Positions 27,660 to 37,582 of a stretch of 64,000 nt of DNA are shown in pieces. The notes under the pieces are model-generated. The model saw only the letters and a program-made list of their open reading frames with translations, did not search any database and had not been told where the DNA came from. This DNA comes from an archaeon (lineage in GTDB: Archaea > Nanobdellota > Nanobdellia > Woesearchaeales > UBA9642). The DNA lies in NCBI GenBank assembly GCA_020057295.1, contig JAGVGF010000005.1, forward strand, positions 60,357 to 124,356, read 5' to 3'. How positions within the stretch are numbered: the stretch's first letter is position 1; each line of letters opens with the position of its first letter. The position numbers and the translations under genes are program-made.

Positions 27660-28712
27660 TTAAGAATAATTTTCTCTCCATCTTTGTAATGCTGCAATTC
27701 CAGTCAAGCCATCTAATTTTTTCATTGCATCTTCTGAACTGATTATCTTTACTTCTGAAGTTAATGCTTCAACTCCAGACATTATAGCTTCTACGACTTC
27801 ATAGCTTCCTTCCTTTTTCATTCGAAGAATTAAATTTTCTGAAATTAATAGAATACTAACATTTCCAGACTTGATTTTTTCATCTACTTCTCTCAAACCA
27901 TAGACGGCATTATCTTTGCTTATTTGACCTAATAATTCTTCTACAATCTTTAATTCCTTAGTGGCTCTGTCTTTGTCTAATACTGTTTTCAGTTCTGGCC
28001 TCTTTAATATCTCATTTATTGTTCCATCGTCTATGCTTGAACATGTTGCAAGGACGATTTTCTTTATTATAGGATCATCTTTCATCTCTTTTAGCACATA
28101 TTCTTTCCAGAATGCTGGACTTGCAAGTATAATATTATCAAATAAATATTTTTTATCATACTCTCTTAATTGTAAATGTATCTCTTGATAGAAATTTGTT
28201 TTCTTCTCTTCCATGTCTTTTTTAGATACATCTCCTTTTAGTACCGATAATGTTTCATGACCATTATTTTTTAGTATTGCAAATATTGCTTCTTCCCTAT
28301 CAAAAGCTACTATAAGTATATTTGCAAGCTGATTTGTTACTGCCTCATCTAATTTTTTTAAAGAGTAAGTTGTCCATTTAACTTTAGATATTTCTACTAT
28401 TGTTCCTTCATTAATATCAAATGTATGATAATCTCCTCTAGGAATATCTTCCGGAGCCTCAGTAATCTTTCCAGAAACTCGGAGTGATGTATCATAATCT
28501 ATCTTTTCTACAATTATTTTTAAGAAAACATTTCGTCTTGTAACTTTCGACTTCTCATCCCCACTTCCGCCACCAATTTTTACTTTTCTCTCAGTCATTC
28601 CAGAAATCGAATCCTCAATCTCTATGATATTAGATAAATACCATAAATCTTGTCCGCTATCTACTTTAACCTTTAAAGTTCCGTGCTTTAAGTCCTTATG
28701 TATCATCTTCAT
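27660..28712 (-). CDS. pelA: mRNA surveillance protein Pelota
   Basis: DLWYLSNII, LRVSGKI, GDYHTFDI, LASPAFWKE, AVYG, LDGLTGIAAL. Confidence 0.93.
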   Translation of the reverse strand: MKMIHKDLKHGTLKVKVDSGQDLWYLSNIIEIEDSISGMTERKVKIGGGSGDEKSKVTRRNVFLKIIVEKIDYDTSLRVSGKITEAPEDIPRGDYHTFDINEGTIVEISKVKWTTYSLKKLDEAVTNQLANILIVAFDREEAIFAILKNNGHETLSVLKGDVSKKDMEEKKTNFYQEIHLQLREYDKKYLFDNIILASPAFWKEYVLKEMKDDPIIKKIVLATCSSIDDGTINEILKRPELKTVLDKDRATKELKIVEELLGQISKDNAVYGLREVDEKIKSGNVSILLISENLILRMKKEGSYEVVEAIMSGVEALTSEVKIISSEDAMKKLDGLTGIAALQRWRENYS

Positions 28713-28886
28713 GAAATTACAAAATCATCATAAGATTTTAAATTTAACCCTTTAAACACATTTAGACATATTTTATTCATTGTCTATAACAATAGCAAGA
28801 TTTATAAATAAGAATACTAAGATTTATGGTTATAATCCGAGTATAGGTATACTGCATCTATGAGTGCATGGTTTAGGGTGAATCTT

Positions 28887-30563
28887 ATGAGTCAAAAAAA
28901 GGCACAATATGCTAGTAATGCTGCAGCATTTGTCGCAATACTAACCGTATTAATAATATTGTATATACTATTTCTACCACCAGATATAAGAACAGATTTA
29001 CTGGGTGATAGGACTGGTAAAAATGTTAATGGTACAGGAAGTACTGATACTTCTGTATTGCTTAAACAAAATGTTGGCCTAGTTAATTATATTAATACTA
29101 ATGAGAAAGTGTATGACTTACCGGCAACTAGAATTCTTTCACCAACATCTGGACAAATACTTAAGAGTGTTCCAAGCATCTCACTGTTACACGCATTATT
29201 TGATAGAGAAAAAGCAAAATATGATATTGATTTTAATATTAACAAGGCAGGAACAAAAAATGTACTCCTATCATTTAATATTAGAGAACATAAAGGACCA
29301 ATTAGTGTTGTATTAAATGATCGTGAAATATTTAGTTCAGAAATAACTGCTACAAATCCTAAACCAATAGTTTTGGATACAGAATATTTAAGTGATACAA
29401 ACAGATTAAGCTTAATTGTTCCATCACCAGGATGGGCTTTCTGGAGTGTTAACAAATATAGTCTAGAAAATTTACAAATAACAGGAGATGTTACTGATTA
29501 TAGTAATTCTGAAGCAGTACAATATTTTAGTTTAAGCCAGACAGAAAGAGATAATCTTGAAGCTATAAGATTATACTTCTATCCTAACTGTAATTTTAAA
29601 GATACTGGAGCATTAAGAATCGATCTTAACAAGCGTACAATATATAATTCAATAGCTGATTGTGGTTCTAGAACATTTGCAGCGCTTAATAAAAACGATT
29701 TACTTACTGGTTCTAACGAATTAAGATTTTCAAGTACTAAAGGTTCGTACACTCTAGATAATATGTATGTAAAAGTTACGATGAGTAAACCTGCATATAG
29801 GACTTACTTCTTTGAATTAAAAGACGATTACTTTAATGTAAAAACCAATACAGCACGATGTGGAGATTATGATGGAACATGTCCTTCTGGATGCGATGAA
29901 ACTGTTGATGCAGATTGTTGTTTCAGTAGAAATGGATTCTGGTGTTCATTACCAACATTAAATGCTAATGATAGATGCAGATTCTATGTTGCTACTGATG
30001 ACTGTAATATTTGTAAAACAGGATTCTATGATAGTTATAGTAATGCTCCAACTAATTGTCAAAATAAGTATGGAGATAATACTGATAATTTATGTCCTGC
30101 AAATACTCCACAACCATCAAAATATTATGATAAGGACTGCTGCTTTGCGGCAAGTGTAGATAATTATTGGTGTAAGGAAGTTCCTGTAACAGGTATTGTT
30201 GATAAATGTAAACCATCAATCGCACCTAGTGAATGTGAGTTATGCTCTTCAGGATATGTAAAGAAAGATGGTTCCAGACCTTTGTCATGCAACGTTGCTG
30301 GAATAAATAACAATAATGATGAAGATACTTTGATGAATAGTTATGAAGTTAAAATGTTTGTTAGATTTGTTGATGGCAGTAAGAGAAAACGTGTAGATAT
30401 GAATGTTAATGGACACACTTTCAGAATAGATACAACAAGCATTGAATATAGCAAAGTTATCAGTGACTTTTCGCGTAGAGGAACTAATAGTATAGAAATA
30501 GTCCCTGTAGAAACCGATGTCGATATTGCTGAAATAAGAGTAGAGTTTAAACAAGTAAGATAA
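28887..30563 (+). CDS. class III signal-peptide (pilin-like) surface protein with Cys-rich insertion
   Basis: MSQKKAQ followed by a hydrophobic helix. GGTGA RBS. Repeated beta-sandwich-like segments. Confidence 0.7.
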   Translation: MSQKKAQYASNAAAFVAILTVLIILYILFLPPDIRTDLLGDRTGKNVNGTGSTDTSVLLKQNVGLVNYINTNEKVYDLPATRILSPTSGQILKSVPSISLLHALFDREKAKYDIDFNINKAGTKNVLLSFNIREHKGPISVVLNDREIFSSEITATNPKPIVLDTEYLSDTNRLSLIVPSPGWAFWSVNKYSLENLQITGDVTDYSNSEAVQYFSLSQTERDNLEAIRLYFYPNCNFKDTGALRIDLNKRTIYNSIADCGSRTFAALNKNDLLTGSNELRFSSTKGSYTLDNMYVKVTMSKPAYRTYFFELKDDYFNVKTNTARCGDYDGTCPSGCDETVDADCCFSRNGFWCSLPTLNANDRCRFYVATDDCNICKTGFYDSYSNAPTNCQNKYGDNTDNLCPANTPQPSKYYDKDCCFAASVDNYWCKEVPVTGIVDKCKPSIAPSECELCSSGYVKKDGSRPLSCNVAGINNNNDEDTLMNSYEVKMFVRFVDGSKRKRVDMNVNGHTFRIDTTSIEYSKVISDFSRRGTNSIEIVPVETDVDIAEIRVEFKQVR

Positions 30564-30650
30564 AACAACAAGTAATAGTATGCAATAATAGCTATAATAA
30601 AAAGATAATAATTACAATATAAAAGAGGGTTAGATTCTTTTAATTTCAAA

Positions 30651-32393
30651 ATGGGAATAATAAGCGCAGCTGCAAAGATTGGAGCAAAAAAAGATTTAGC
30701 TAAAGAATCAATAAGCAGTACTGTTGCAGCTGCAAAGGATAAAGTTTCTGATATTAAAACAAAAGCTTCTGCTATTAAAGAAGATCCTAAAGCATATTTT
30801 GCAAATAAATATTCTGCTGCAAAAACTAAAGCCCTAGAAGAAGCAAGAAATCCTAGTACAAGTTCTACAGTCGTAAATAATAATGCTGCTGAAGATAAAG
30901 AGAAAGAAAAACTTGAGAAGAAAGAAGAGAAACTTGCTGATGAACGTTTAAAACAATTACGTAATGATGGAAAAGCTATTGGTGGAAGAGGATCAGGCGA
31001 TAGTAGTTCAGATAATGGACATCTAACCATACTTTTCTGGATTGCATTATTAACTCATTTCGTTGATGCGATGACTAAATTTCAAAGACCAGGATTTATG
31101 GTTTTCGTATATCTTGGTATGATGATTTACGCAGTGATAGTTGTTTACAAGATGGGCAGACCTGATATTGAAGAAATGGAATTTTTCGGATTTATGGTCC
31201 TAGCGTATTTCTTACCTTTCTTGCCTAATTTCTTCCCTGATAATAGATGGATACTTGCAATATCTGGTGTGATATTCTTATTCCCATTATTACCGTTATA
31301 TTTAGGAATTAGATTTCCTGAAAATAGTTCGATTAACAAATGGTCTAAAAGATATTTCGTATTATGGGCAATAATATTAGTCTTTTATCTTATTGTGACT
31401 TTTGCTCCAGACCAAAATACAAAGACATTAATTAAAGATCCTATGGCAGGAGTAAAATATGTACTTTCTGGTGTAATGGGTACTTTCGAAAAAACATACA
31501 AGACTTTTGACACGTCTATTAAACGTGCCATAGCTCAAGCTACAGGCCAACCATATGAAGGGCAGGAAGAAAGTCAAGTAGGAATATATATTACGGATGT
31601 GAAACCCCTCGAGTCTAAATATAATACTAATTCAGAAGTTTATGTAGAAGCTAAAGTGTCTGCAAAGAATGTTAAGCAAGCCGTACCAATAATAAGTTTA
31701 TTCTGTTACATCCCAGATGTTAAATCTGGAAGTGTATCACCCTCACAATTACCGAATATGCGTGAGAATGATGAAAACATTGTAGACTGCAATCTGGGGA
31801 AATTAAAAGAGGGAAGTTATGATGTTAAAGTCAAAGCAAATTTCCAATTCGAAACAACATCAGATATTGAATATACATTTGTTAGTCAAGGAGTAAGAAC
31901 AGATCAGTACAAGGCATTAGGAATAGATGAGAAAACTATTGCAACATACACAGGAGGACCTGTAGAATTAGGACTACCATCATTACAACAACCATTAAGG
32001 ATTCTAATTGATGAGACCAACAAAAATGTTCAACTCAGTAGTTATCCTTTTGGAGTAAGCTTAAAGAATAAATGGCCTCAAGGAAAAGTTGTTAGGGGAA
32101 TAAGATATATTCTTGACGTTCCTGATGAAGTAAAACTAGTAGGATGTAGTAGAAATCCCATATATGTTAGGAATACTACTGATGGAAGTACGTATAGAAA
32201 CATTTATTCATTTAATATTAATACAGCTAATGCACAGGATGTATTTGATGCAGTTAGTTGTAGAATGCAATTCGATGATGTTAAAAAATTATTAGGAAAT
32301 GATTTAAAGAGTGTTAAAACGTTCGCTGCAAGAGCAGTTTATGAATATAGTATTGAAGAAAGCACTTTGGTAGTTGTGGAAAAGAATCAGTGA
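30651..32393 (+). CDS. multi-pass membrane protein with large extracellular domain
   Basis: Ala/Lys-rich N-terminus, about 5 TM helices, then a beta-rich domain with GGPV and YEY motifs resembling the downstream lipoproteins. Confidence 0.75.
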   Translation: MGIISAAAKIGAKKDLAKESISSTVAAAKDKVSDIKTKASAIKEDPKAYFANKYSAAKTKALEEARNPSTSSTVVNNNAAEDKEKEKLEKKEEKLADERLKQLRNDGKAIGGRGSGDSSSDNGHLTILFWIALLTHFVDAMTKFQRPGFMVFVYLGMMIYAVIVVYKMGRPDIEEMEFFGFMVLAYFLPFLPNFFPDNRWILAISGVIFLFPLLPLYLGIRFPENSSINKWSKRYFVLWAIILVFYLIVTFAPDQNTKTLIKDPMAGVKYVLSGVMGTFEKTYKTFDTSIKRAIAQATGQPYEGQEESQVGIYITDVKPLESKYNTNSEVYVEAKVSAKNVKQAVPIISLFCYIPDVKSGSVSPSQLPNMRENDENIVDCNLGKLKEGSYDVKVKANFQFETTSDIEYTFVSQGVRTDQYKALGIDEKTIATYTGGPVELGLPSLQQPLRILIDETNKNVQLSSYPFGVSLKNKWPQGKVVRGIRYILDVPDEVKLVGCSRNPIYVRNTTDGSTYRNIYSFNINTANAQDVFDAVSCRMQFDDVKKLLGNDLKSVKTFAARAVYEYSIEESTLVVVEKNQ

Positions 32394-32397
32394 GCTT

Positions 32398-35103
32398 ATG
32401 AAAAGTATTAATTTAATATTAATAATATGTTTAGCAGTTTTAATCACTGCATGTATGCCTGGAGGCAGTACTGATAAGTATCGTATAGGAACCGAGGGTT
32501 TAAGGATTGAATTTGCTACTTCTAATGCTAAAGATCTTTACGAAGGAGATTACTTCGATATGAGTCTATTTATTAAAAATCTTGGTGCAGGAACAGTAAG
32601 CAGTAATAATCCCGGAAATCTAAAAATTGTTTTTGATGATTATCGCGTAATGCCTATAAGTAATAATGCTAAGGTAGGAAATGTTCAAAGTATAGCGTTA
32701 AATGGTAGAAGTGCAGAATATCCTGCTGGTGATGAGGAATATTATACGTACTCATTTAGAGCTAAACCATTGACTAAATTAAGAGAATCTTCCAAAACTT
32801 CTATAACATATAATCTTTGTTATCCCTATAAAACCGAATTTACAACATTTACATGTATAGATACTAAAAGTTCGACTCAGAGCAATACAGAAGCAGTAGC
32901 ATGTAAGAGCGAACCATACAACGGCGGTTCTGGACAGGGAGCTCCTATTACTGTTACAAAAATTGAACCTGAAATAATGATGCAGGGAAGTTTTATTAAA
33001 CCACAATTTAAGGTATATCTTGCAAATAATGGTGGAGGATATGTAACTAGTGCAATATCATGTCAAGATACAAATATTAACGATAATACTCAGATGAGTA
33101 GAGTTAATGTTTTTGCTAAGCTTTCTGGAGAATATCTTCTTTGTGGCAGAATTTATGAAAATGGTACCGAGGATAACAGTGTAAGAATTAAAGATGGTGA
33201 AGATACATATATTAGATGTGGTTTAAGAGAAAATACTACTAATAGTAAATATTTACGTAGCAATAAAAATTTCGAATCGCCATTAACAATAACAATATTG
33301 TATACTTATACGACTATTGAAAAACAAGAAATTGAAATTAAAAGCAATAATGATATAGATCAGCCAGTAACACAAGGAATATGCGCTTCATATCAAATAG
33401 AATATAATGGTAGATGTTATACAAAATGCGAATATTGTGCAGCACACCCTACAGACATAGTTAATTGTGTTCCATCAAATTTTACTCAAGGATTTAGTTT
33501 TGAAAATTTTGGATGTAGTTGTACATTAACTCAATGTAATGAAAAAGAAAAGAAAGGAAGTTGTATTAAGAATTATTGTCCTGGAGAATTATACTGTTGT
33601 AGCGATGCGCAGTGCGATCAATGGCAAGTAAATTATAATGGACAGTGTATCGACAAATGCGAATACTGTTCTAAAATAAATCCTAATGATACCGCAACAT
33701 GCAAAAAAGGTTTTGACTTTACAGGATTTACATGCACTAAATTAAACTCTAATGCAGATACAGCAAGCCAAAATTGTGATAATTATGCACAAAGTGGTGC
33801 ATGCATTAAAGGATATTGCGGGGGAGATAATGCAGATACATATTATTGCGCAAATATTGATAAGAAAACTTGTCCTCCTACAGATAATCCTGCTGCAATC
33901 TATAATTACGGCGGTAAATGCATAACGCTTTGCGAATATTGTTCCAAACCAGAAGCAGCAAACTCAGACAATTGTGTTGCTAAGAACTTTAATGATATAA
34001 ATATTAGAGTTAATACTTCTTTTGAATGTTGTGATGGAAGATATTTAAACAGATTATTTAATCTTAATTTCACAGTTAGTGATTCTAGATTCTGCGGTAA
34101 CGATAAATATTGTTGTAATCCTAAGATATTACCTGAAATGACGGCAGTGCCAACTACAGACATCTCTCTATTATTAAGAAACACAACAGCACCACGCACT
34201 GATCAAAATCTTACAGGAGTAGATTTCAGCACAATACCATGTCCTTCAGATAAACCAATAAGAGTTGGCTCGGAATGTTATGAAATATGTGAATACTGTT
34301 CTTCTAATCCTACAAGTCCTAATTGTACGGCATATCAAAGCAGTACATTGAAATTTAATGGAAACTTTAGATGTATTGGAACAATGTTAGATCAATACAA
34401 AGGATATGTAATTAATAATGAAGCCGGAAGATGTTTCACAGACACAAAATATTGTAATATAGGAAGTGCTGGAATAGTTTGTTGCGATACAACAGTATGC
34501 CCTGCAGGTTCTAAATACAATAACGGAAAATGCGAAGAATTATGTGAGTATTGTAAAAACGGACGTTCAGATTCTTTGTGTAATAGTACAAAACTACTGC
34601 CAACAATGATTTGTCAATCAACGTTTTCATGTACGGGTACAGCTTTATTAAGAGAAAATTGTGTTCCGGGATATTGTAGAGAAGGACTGGGACAATCATG
34701 TTATGCGTATAAAGCTTGCGCAGCATATGAAGTATTATTTCGCGGAGATTGTGTAAACAGATGTATGTATTGTAAAGAACATCCAACAGACACAGATGCT
34801 TGTGGTGCTAATTCTGTAAGTTTATTTAATTTAGGAAATAATGATTTTGCTTGTAAGGATGACATATCTACTAGTTCTTGGTTTTACAGAAAATTAGTAA
34901 ATGATAATATTAAACCTTACTGTCCAGGAACTAACAAATGTTCGTCAAGTTGTATATCAGGAACATATTATTATCCTTCTAATAACAATAATGGTGCGTG
35001 TTATACTCCTCAACAATTATGTCCTTTACTTAAACAAAACGGAGTAGATCCAACAGATATGCCTTCAGGAGCTAGATGTTGCGAAGATCACATTACATGC
35101 TAA
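32398..35103 (+). CDS. lipoprotein with GTEGL/GQGAP domain and C-terminal Cys-rich repeats
   Basis: Lipobox LITAC. GTEGL, CYPYKT, GQGAPI. Six CxxxC(E/M)YC repeats. Confidence 0.8.
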   Translation: MKSINLILIICLAVLITACMPGGSTDKYRIGTEGLRIEFATSNAKDLYEGDYFDMSLFIKNLGAGTVSSNNPGNLKIVFDDYRVMPISNNAKVGNVQSIALNGRSAEYPAGDEEYYTYSFRAKPLTKLRESSKTSITYNLCYPYKTEFTTFTCIDTKSSTQSNTEAVACKSEPYNGGSGQGAPITVTKIEPEIMMQGSFIKPQFKVYLANNGGGYVTSAISCQDTNINDNTQMSRVNVFAKLSGEYLLCGRIYENGTEDNSVRIKDGEDTYIRCGLRENTTNSKYLRSNKNFESPLTITILYTYTTIEKQEIEIKSNNDIDQPVTQGICASYQIEYNGRCYTKCEYCAAHPTDIVNCVPSNFTQGFSFENFGCSCTLTQCNEKEKKGSCIKNYCPGELYCCSDAQCDQWQVNYNGQCIDKCEYCSKINPNDTATCKKGFDFTGFTCTKLNSNADTASQNCDNYAQSGACIKGYCGGDNADTYYCANIDKKTCPPTDNPAAIYNYGGKCITLCEYCSKPEAANSDNCVAKNFNDINIRVNTSFECCDGRYLNRLFNLNFTVSDSRFCGNDKYCCNPKILPEMTAVPTTDISLLLRNTTAPRTDQNLTGVDFSTIPCPSDKPIRVGSECYEICEYCSSNPTSPNCTAYQSSTLKFNGNFRCIGTMLDQYKGYVINNEAGRCFTDTKYCNIGSAGIVCCDTTVCPAGSKYNNGKCEELCEYCKNGRSDSLCNSTKLLPTMICQSTFSCTGTALLRENCVPGYCREGLGQSCYAYKACAAYEVLFRGDCVNRCMYCKEHPTDTDACGANSVSLFNLGNNDFACKDDISTSSWFYRKLVNDNIKPYCPGTNKCSSSCISGTYYYPSNNNNGACYTPQQLCPLLKQNGVDPTDMPSGARCCEDHITC

Positions 35104-35148
35104 TTAAAAACAAAATCTTTATATATTATAGATACGAGGTTAACTAAA

Positions 35149-36459
35149 ATGATGCGTGAGTTTAGCTTAAATAAGTTGTTCTTATTATTTTTAGGAATTA
35201 TTACATTGATTGTTGCTTCTGGTTGTACAAGCACTTATGGTAATACTAAATATTATACAGGCTATAATAGTGTAGAGATGAAATTTTTATCAGATAGTCC
35301 TCCAGCAATATTCTACTATGATAGTCAAGCTGCAGAAGAAGGACGAGATCCTACAGTTAATACTATTCCTATTAATGTTCAGATTCAAAATCTTGGTTCT
35401 TCTGATAGTTATGGGGCCTTATTTATTCACGGATTTGATCCTAATATTGTAGCTGTTGATGGATATACTCGACCTTATAGTATTGGCGGATATATGCGTG
35501 GACCAGTATTTGGTGGATGGTATCAGGGAGGTCAAAATTATGGTTTTAATCTTGGCGGTCTTGATATTGGTAAAGGATATAATCTTAATTTCGGGTTTCA
35601 AAAAGTTGGTGACAGAAACATAATGTCATTCTCCACATTTAATGGAGGAGTTAACGATAGATCTGCATTATTTAGTTCTTTAGGATTTACTATAGCAACT
35701 AGTAGTCATGGATTGACAGGAATTAGTACGCAAGTTGCTCAAGGTAGAGTAGGTTCTGTATTGAGACCTATAACTATGGGTATGTTTAATAGTTTTGGAT
35801 GGAGAGGAGGATGGCTTAAATTGTTTGATCTCGAAGGTAGAAATCCTAATAATCCTGGCGGTGCAATGGATGTTGTAGAATTCCCAGCAACAATATTAAC
35901 GCTTCCACCATCACTTGAAGAGTTTAGACAAAGAATAATGGTTACATCATGTTTTGATTATGCAACGCATGCTTCAACAATGGTTTGTATAGATCCAGAA
36001 CCATATTCTAATGTTAGAAAGTCATGTATTCCACAAACAGTTAGTGCTGGAGGGGGACAAGGCGCTCCTGTAGCTATAACAACAATAGAACAAAAAGCAG
36101 GAAAGGGCAGAACAGTATTTACTATTAATATACATTTAAACAAAAAAGATTCATATGATGAACTATACGATTACTTTAGTTTATACAAATGTGATCCTGC
36201 ATCTGGCGCAACTGTTAAAGTAACGGATAAAAATATAGTTTATGTTGGTTATGTTTATTTGTCAGATTATGATATTACAATGAATTGCATACCAGATCAA
36301 ATCATAAGATTAGATGAGGGAGGTAATGGACAAATTACGTGTTCAGTAACATTCCCTCAAGGCACACCAACAAGTGCATACCAGGCACCATTAGAAGTTG
36401 AATTATGGTATGGATACTCTAAATCTATTTATAGAGATATAATAGTTAAAAAGATATAG
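35149..36459 (+). CDS. lipoprotein, paralogue of its neighbours
   Basis: Lipobox ASGC. FLSDSPP, CFDYAT, GQGAPV, PLEVELWYGY. Confidence 0.8.
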   Translation: MMREFSLNKLFLLFLGIITLIVASGCTSTYGNTKYYTGYNSVEMKFLSDSPPAIFYYDSQAAEEGRDPTVNTIPINVQIQNLGSSDSYGALFIHGFDPNIVAVDGYTRPYSIGGYMRGPVFGGWYQGGQNYGFNLGGLDIGKGYNLNFGFQKVGDRNIMSFSTFNGGVNDRSALFSSLGFTIATSSHGLTGISTQVAQGRVGSVLRPITMGMFNSFGWRGGWLKLFDLEGRNPNNPGGAMDVVEFPATILTLPPSLEEFRQRIMVTSCFDYATHASTMVCIDPEPYSNVRKSCIPQTVSAGGGQGAPVAITTIEQKAGKGRTVFTINIHLNKKDSYDELYDYFSLYKCDPASGATVKVTDKNIVYVGYVYLSDYDITMNCIPDQIIRLDEGGNGQITCSVTFPQGTPTSAYQAPLEVELWYGYSKSIYRDIIVKKI

Positions 36460-36476
36460 TATTGAAAGGTGATATT

Positions 36477-37484
36477 ATGAAACAAGTATTGGTATTATTA
36501 ACCATTTTGGCCATGACTGTATTCCTAACAGGATGCGGCGATCAGGTAACTGTAGGTAAAACATTTATTGGTGGTACAGAAGGATTGAAGACAAGCTTCT
36601 TGCCAGGAAATCCTCCAGATAAAACAACTGATGGCGGTACAGGAGGATTCAGCATTGTAATGAAATTAGAGAATGTTGGAGAAAATACCATACCTGCAAC
36701 TGAAGGTTATGTACAGATTTGGGGATTAGATCCTGGAACATACAGTTCTAACATTCCAGATTTTAAGAAATACTTTAATCAACAATCAGGATTTGGAACA
36801 GATCTTAAAGGAGCTGTAAAGAATTTTGATGGAACAGTATTAAATGGTGGAACAGCAACAGTAGAATTTGGTAACCTCAAATATTTACCTGCAATTCAAG
36901 GAGATTTACAGCAGAAGATATGGGCTAATGTTTGTTACAAATACAAGACTAGAATGGCAACACAATTATGTGTCAAAGGAACAACAGAGCAGGCATTAAA
37001 CAATAAGGATATCTGTGAAGTTGAAGGAGAAAAGAATCCACAGAACAGTGGAGGACCAATATCTATAGCATCATTAAAAGAATCTTACGCAGGAAACGGT
37101 AAGATGGGTTTAACACTAACACTAAAACATGTTGGCAGCGGAGATAACTTCTTTAAAGATGATAAATTAGAGTGTAATGATGTGGAAAGTAACACAGACC
37201 GTGGTAAGGTATGGATAGGATTCAAGCCAGTATTGGTTGGTGGACAAAATGTCCCTGTAACTTGTCAAGGAATGGATGGCACAAGTACTAAAAATGGTTA
37301 CGTGGGCGGATATGTTAGATTATTCAAGGACGGATCTGGTAAGGAAACAACAACATTATACTGTACAGTAGATGTTAGTAGTTCAAAGACTGTTGTAGAA
37401 GTACCATTAGAAGCACAACTAGGCTACACATATTTACAACACATAACATCAGACCTAACCATAAGACATATTGGCACAGGCTAA
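36477..37484 (+). CDS. lipoprotein, paralogue of its neighbours
   Basis: Lipobox LTGC. GTEGLKTSFLPGNPP, CYKYKT, NSGGPI, PLEAQLGYTY. GGTGA RBS. Confidence 0.8.
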   Translation: MKQVLVLLTILAMTVFLTGCGDQVTVGKTFIGGTEGLKTSFLPGNPPDKTTDGGTGGFSIVMKLENVGENTIPATEGYVQIWGLDPGTYSSNIPDFKKYFNQQSGFGTDLKGAVKNFDGTVLNGGTATVEFGNLKYLPAIQGDLQQKIWANVCYKYKTRMATQLCVKGTTEQALNNKDICEVEGEKNPQNSGGPISIASLKESYAGNGKMGLTLTLKHVGSGDNFFKDDKLECNDVESNTDRGKVWIGFKPVLVGGQNVPVTCQGMDGTSTKNGYVGGYVRLFKDGSGKETTTLYCTVDVSSSKTVVEVPLEAQLGYTYLQHITSDLTIRHIGTG

Positions 37485-37520
37485 ATAAATTTTTTATTTT
37501 TTTATTTTAATTTATATATT
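37485..37520 (+). terminator. T-rich archaeal-type terminator after the lipoprotein operon
   Basis: TTTTTTATTTTTTTATTTT run directly after the stop, between convergent operons. Confidence 0.45.
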
Positions 37521-37582
37521 TAATTCTAAATATCGTTTCTAAAAATATCTAGTTTACTACAGATATATTATTAAATAAGATC

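Noticed and set aside
30341-31030. 229-aa minus-strand ORF
   Set aside because: Antisense shadow of Ala/Lys/Glu-rich coding sequence on the + strand.
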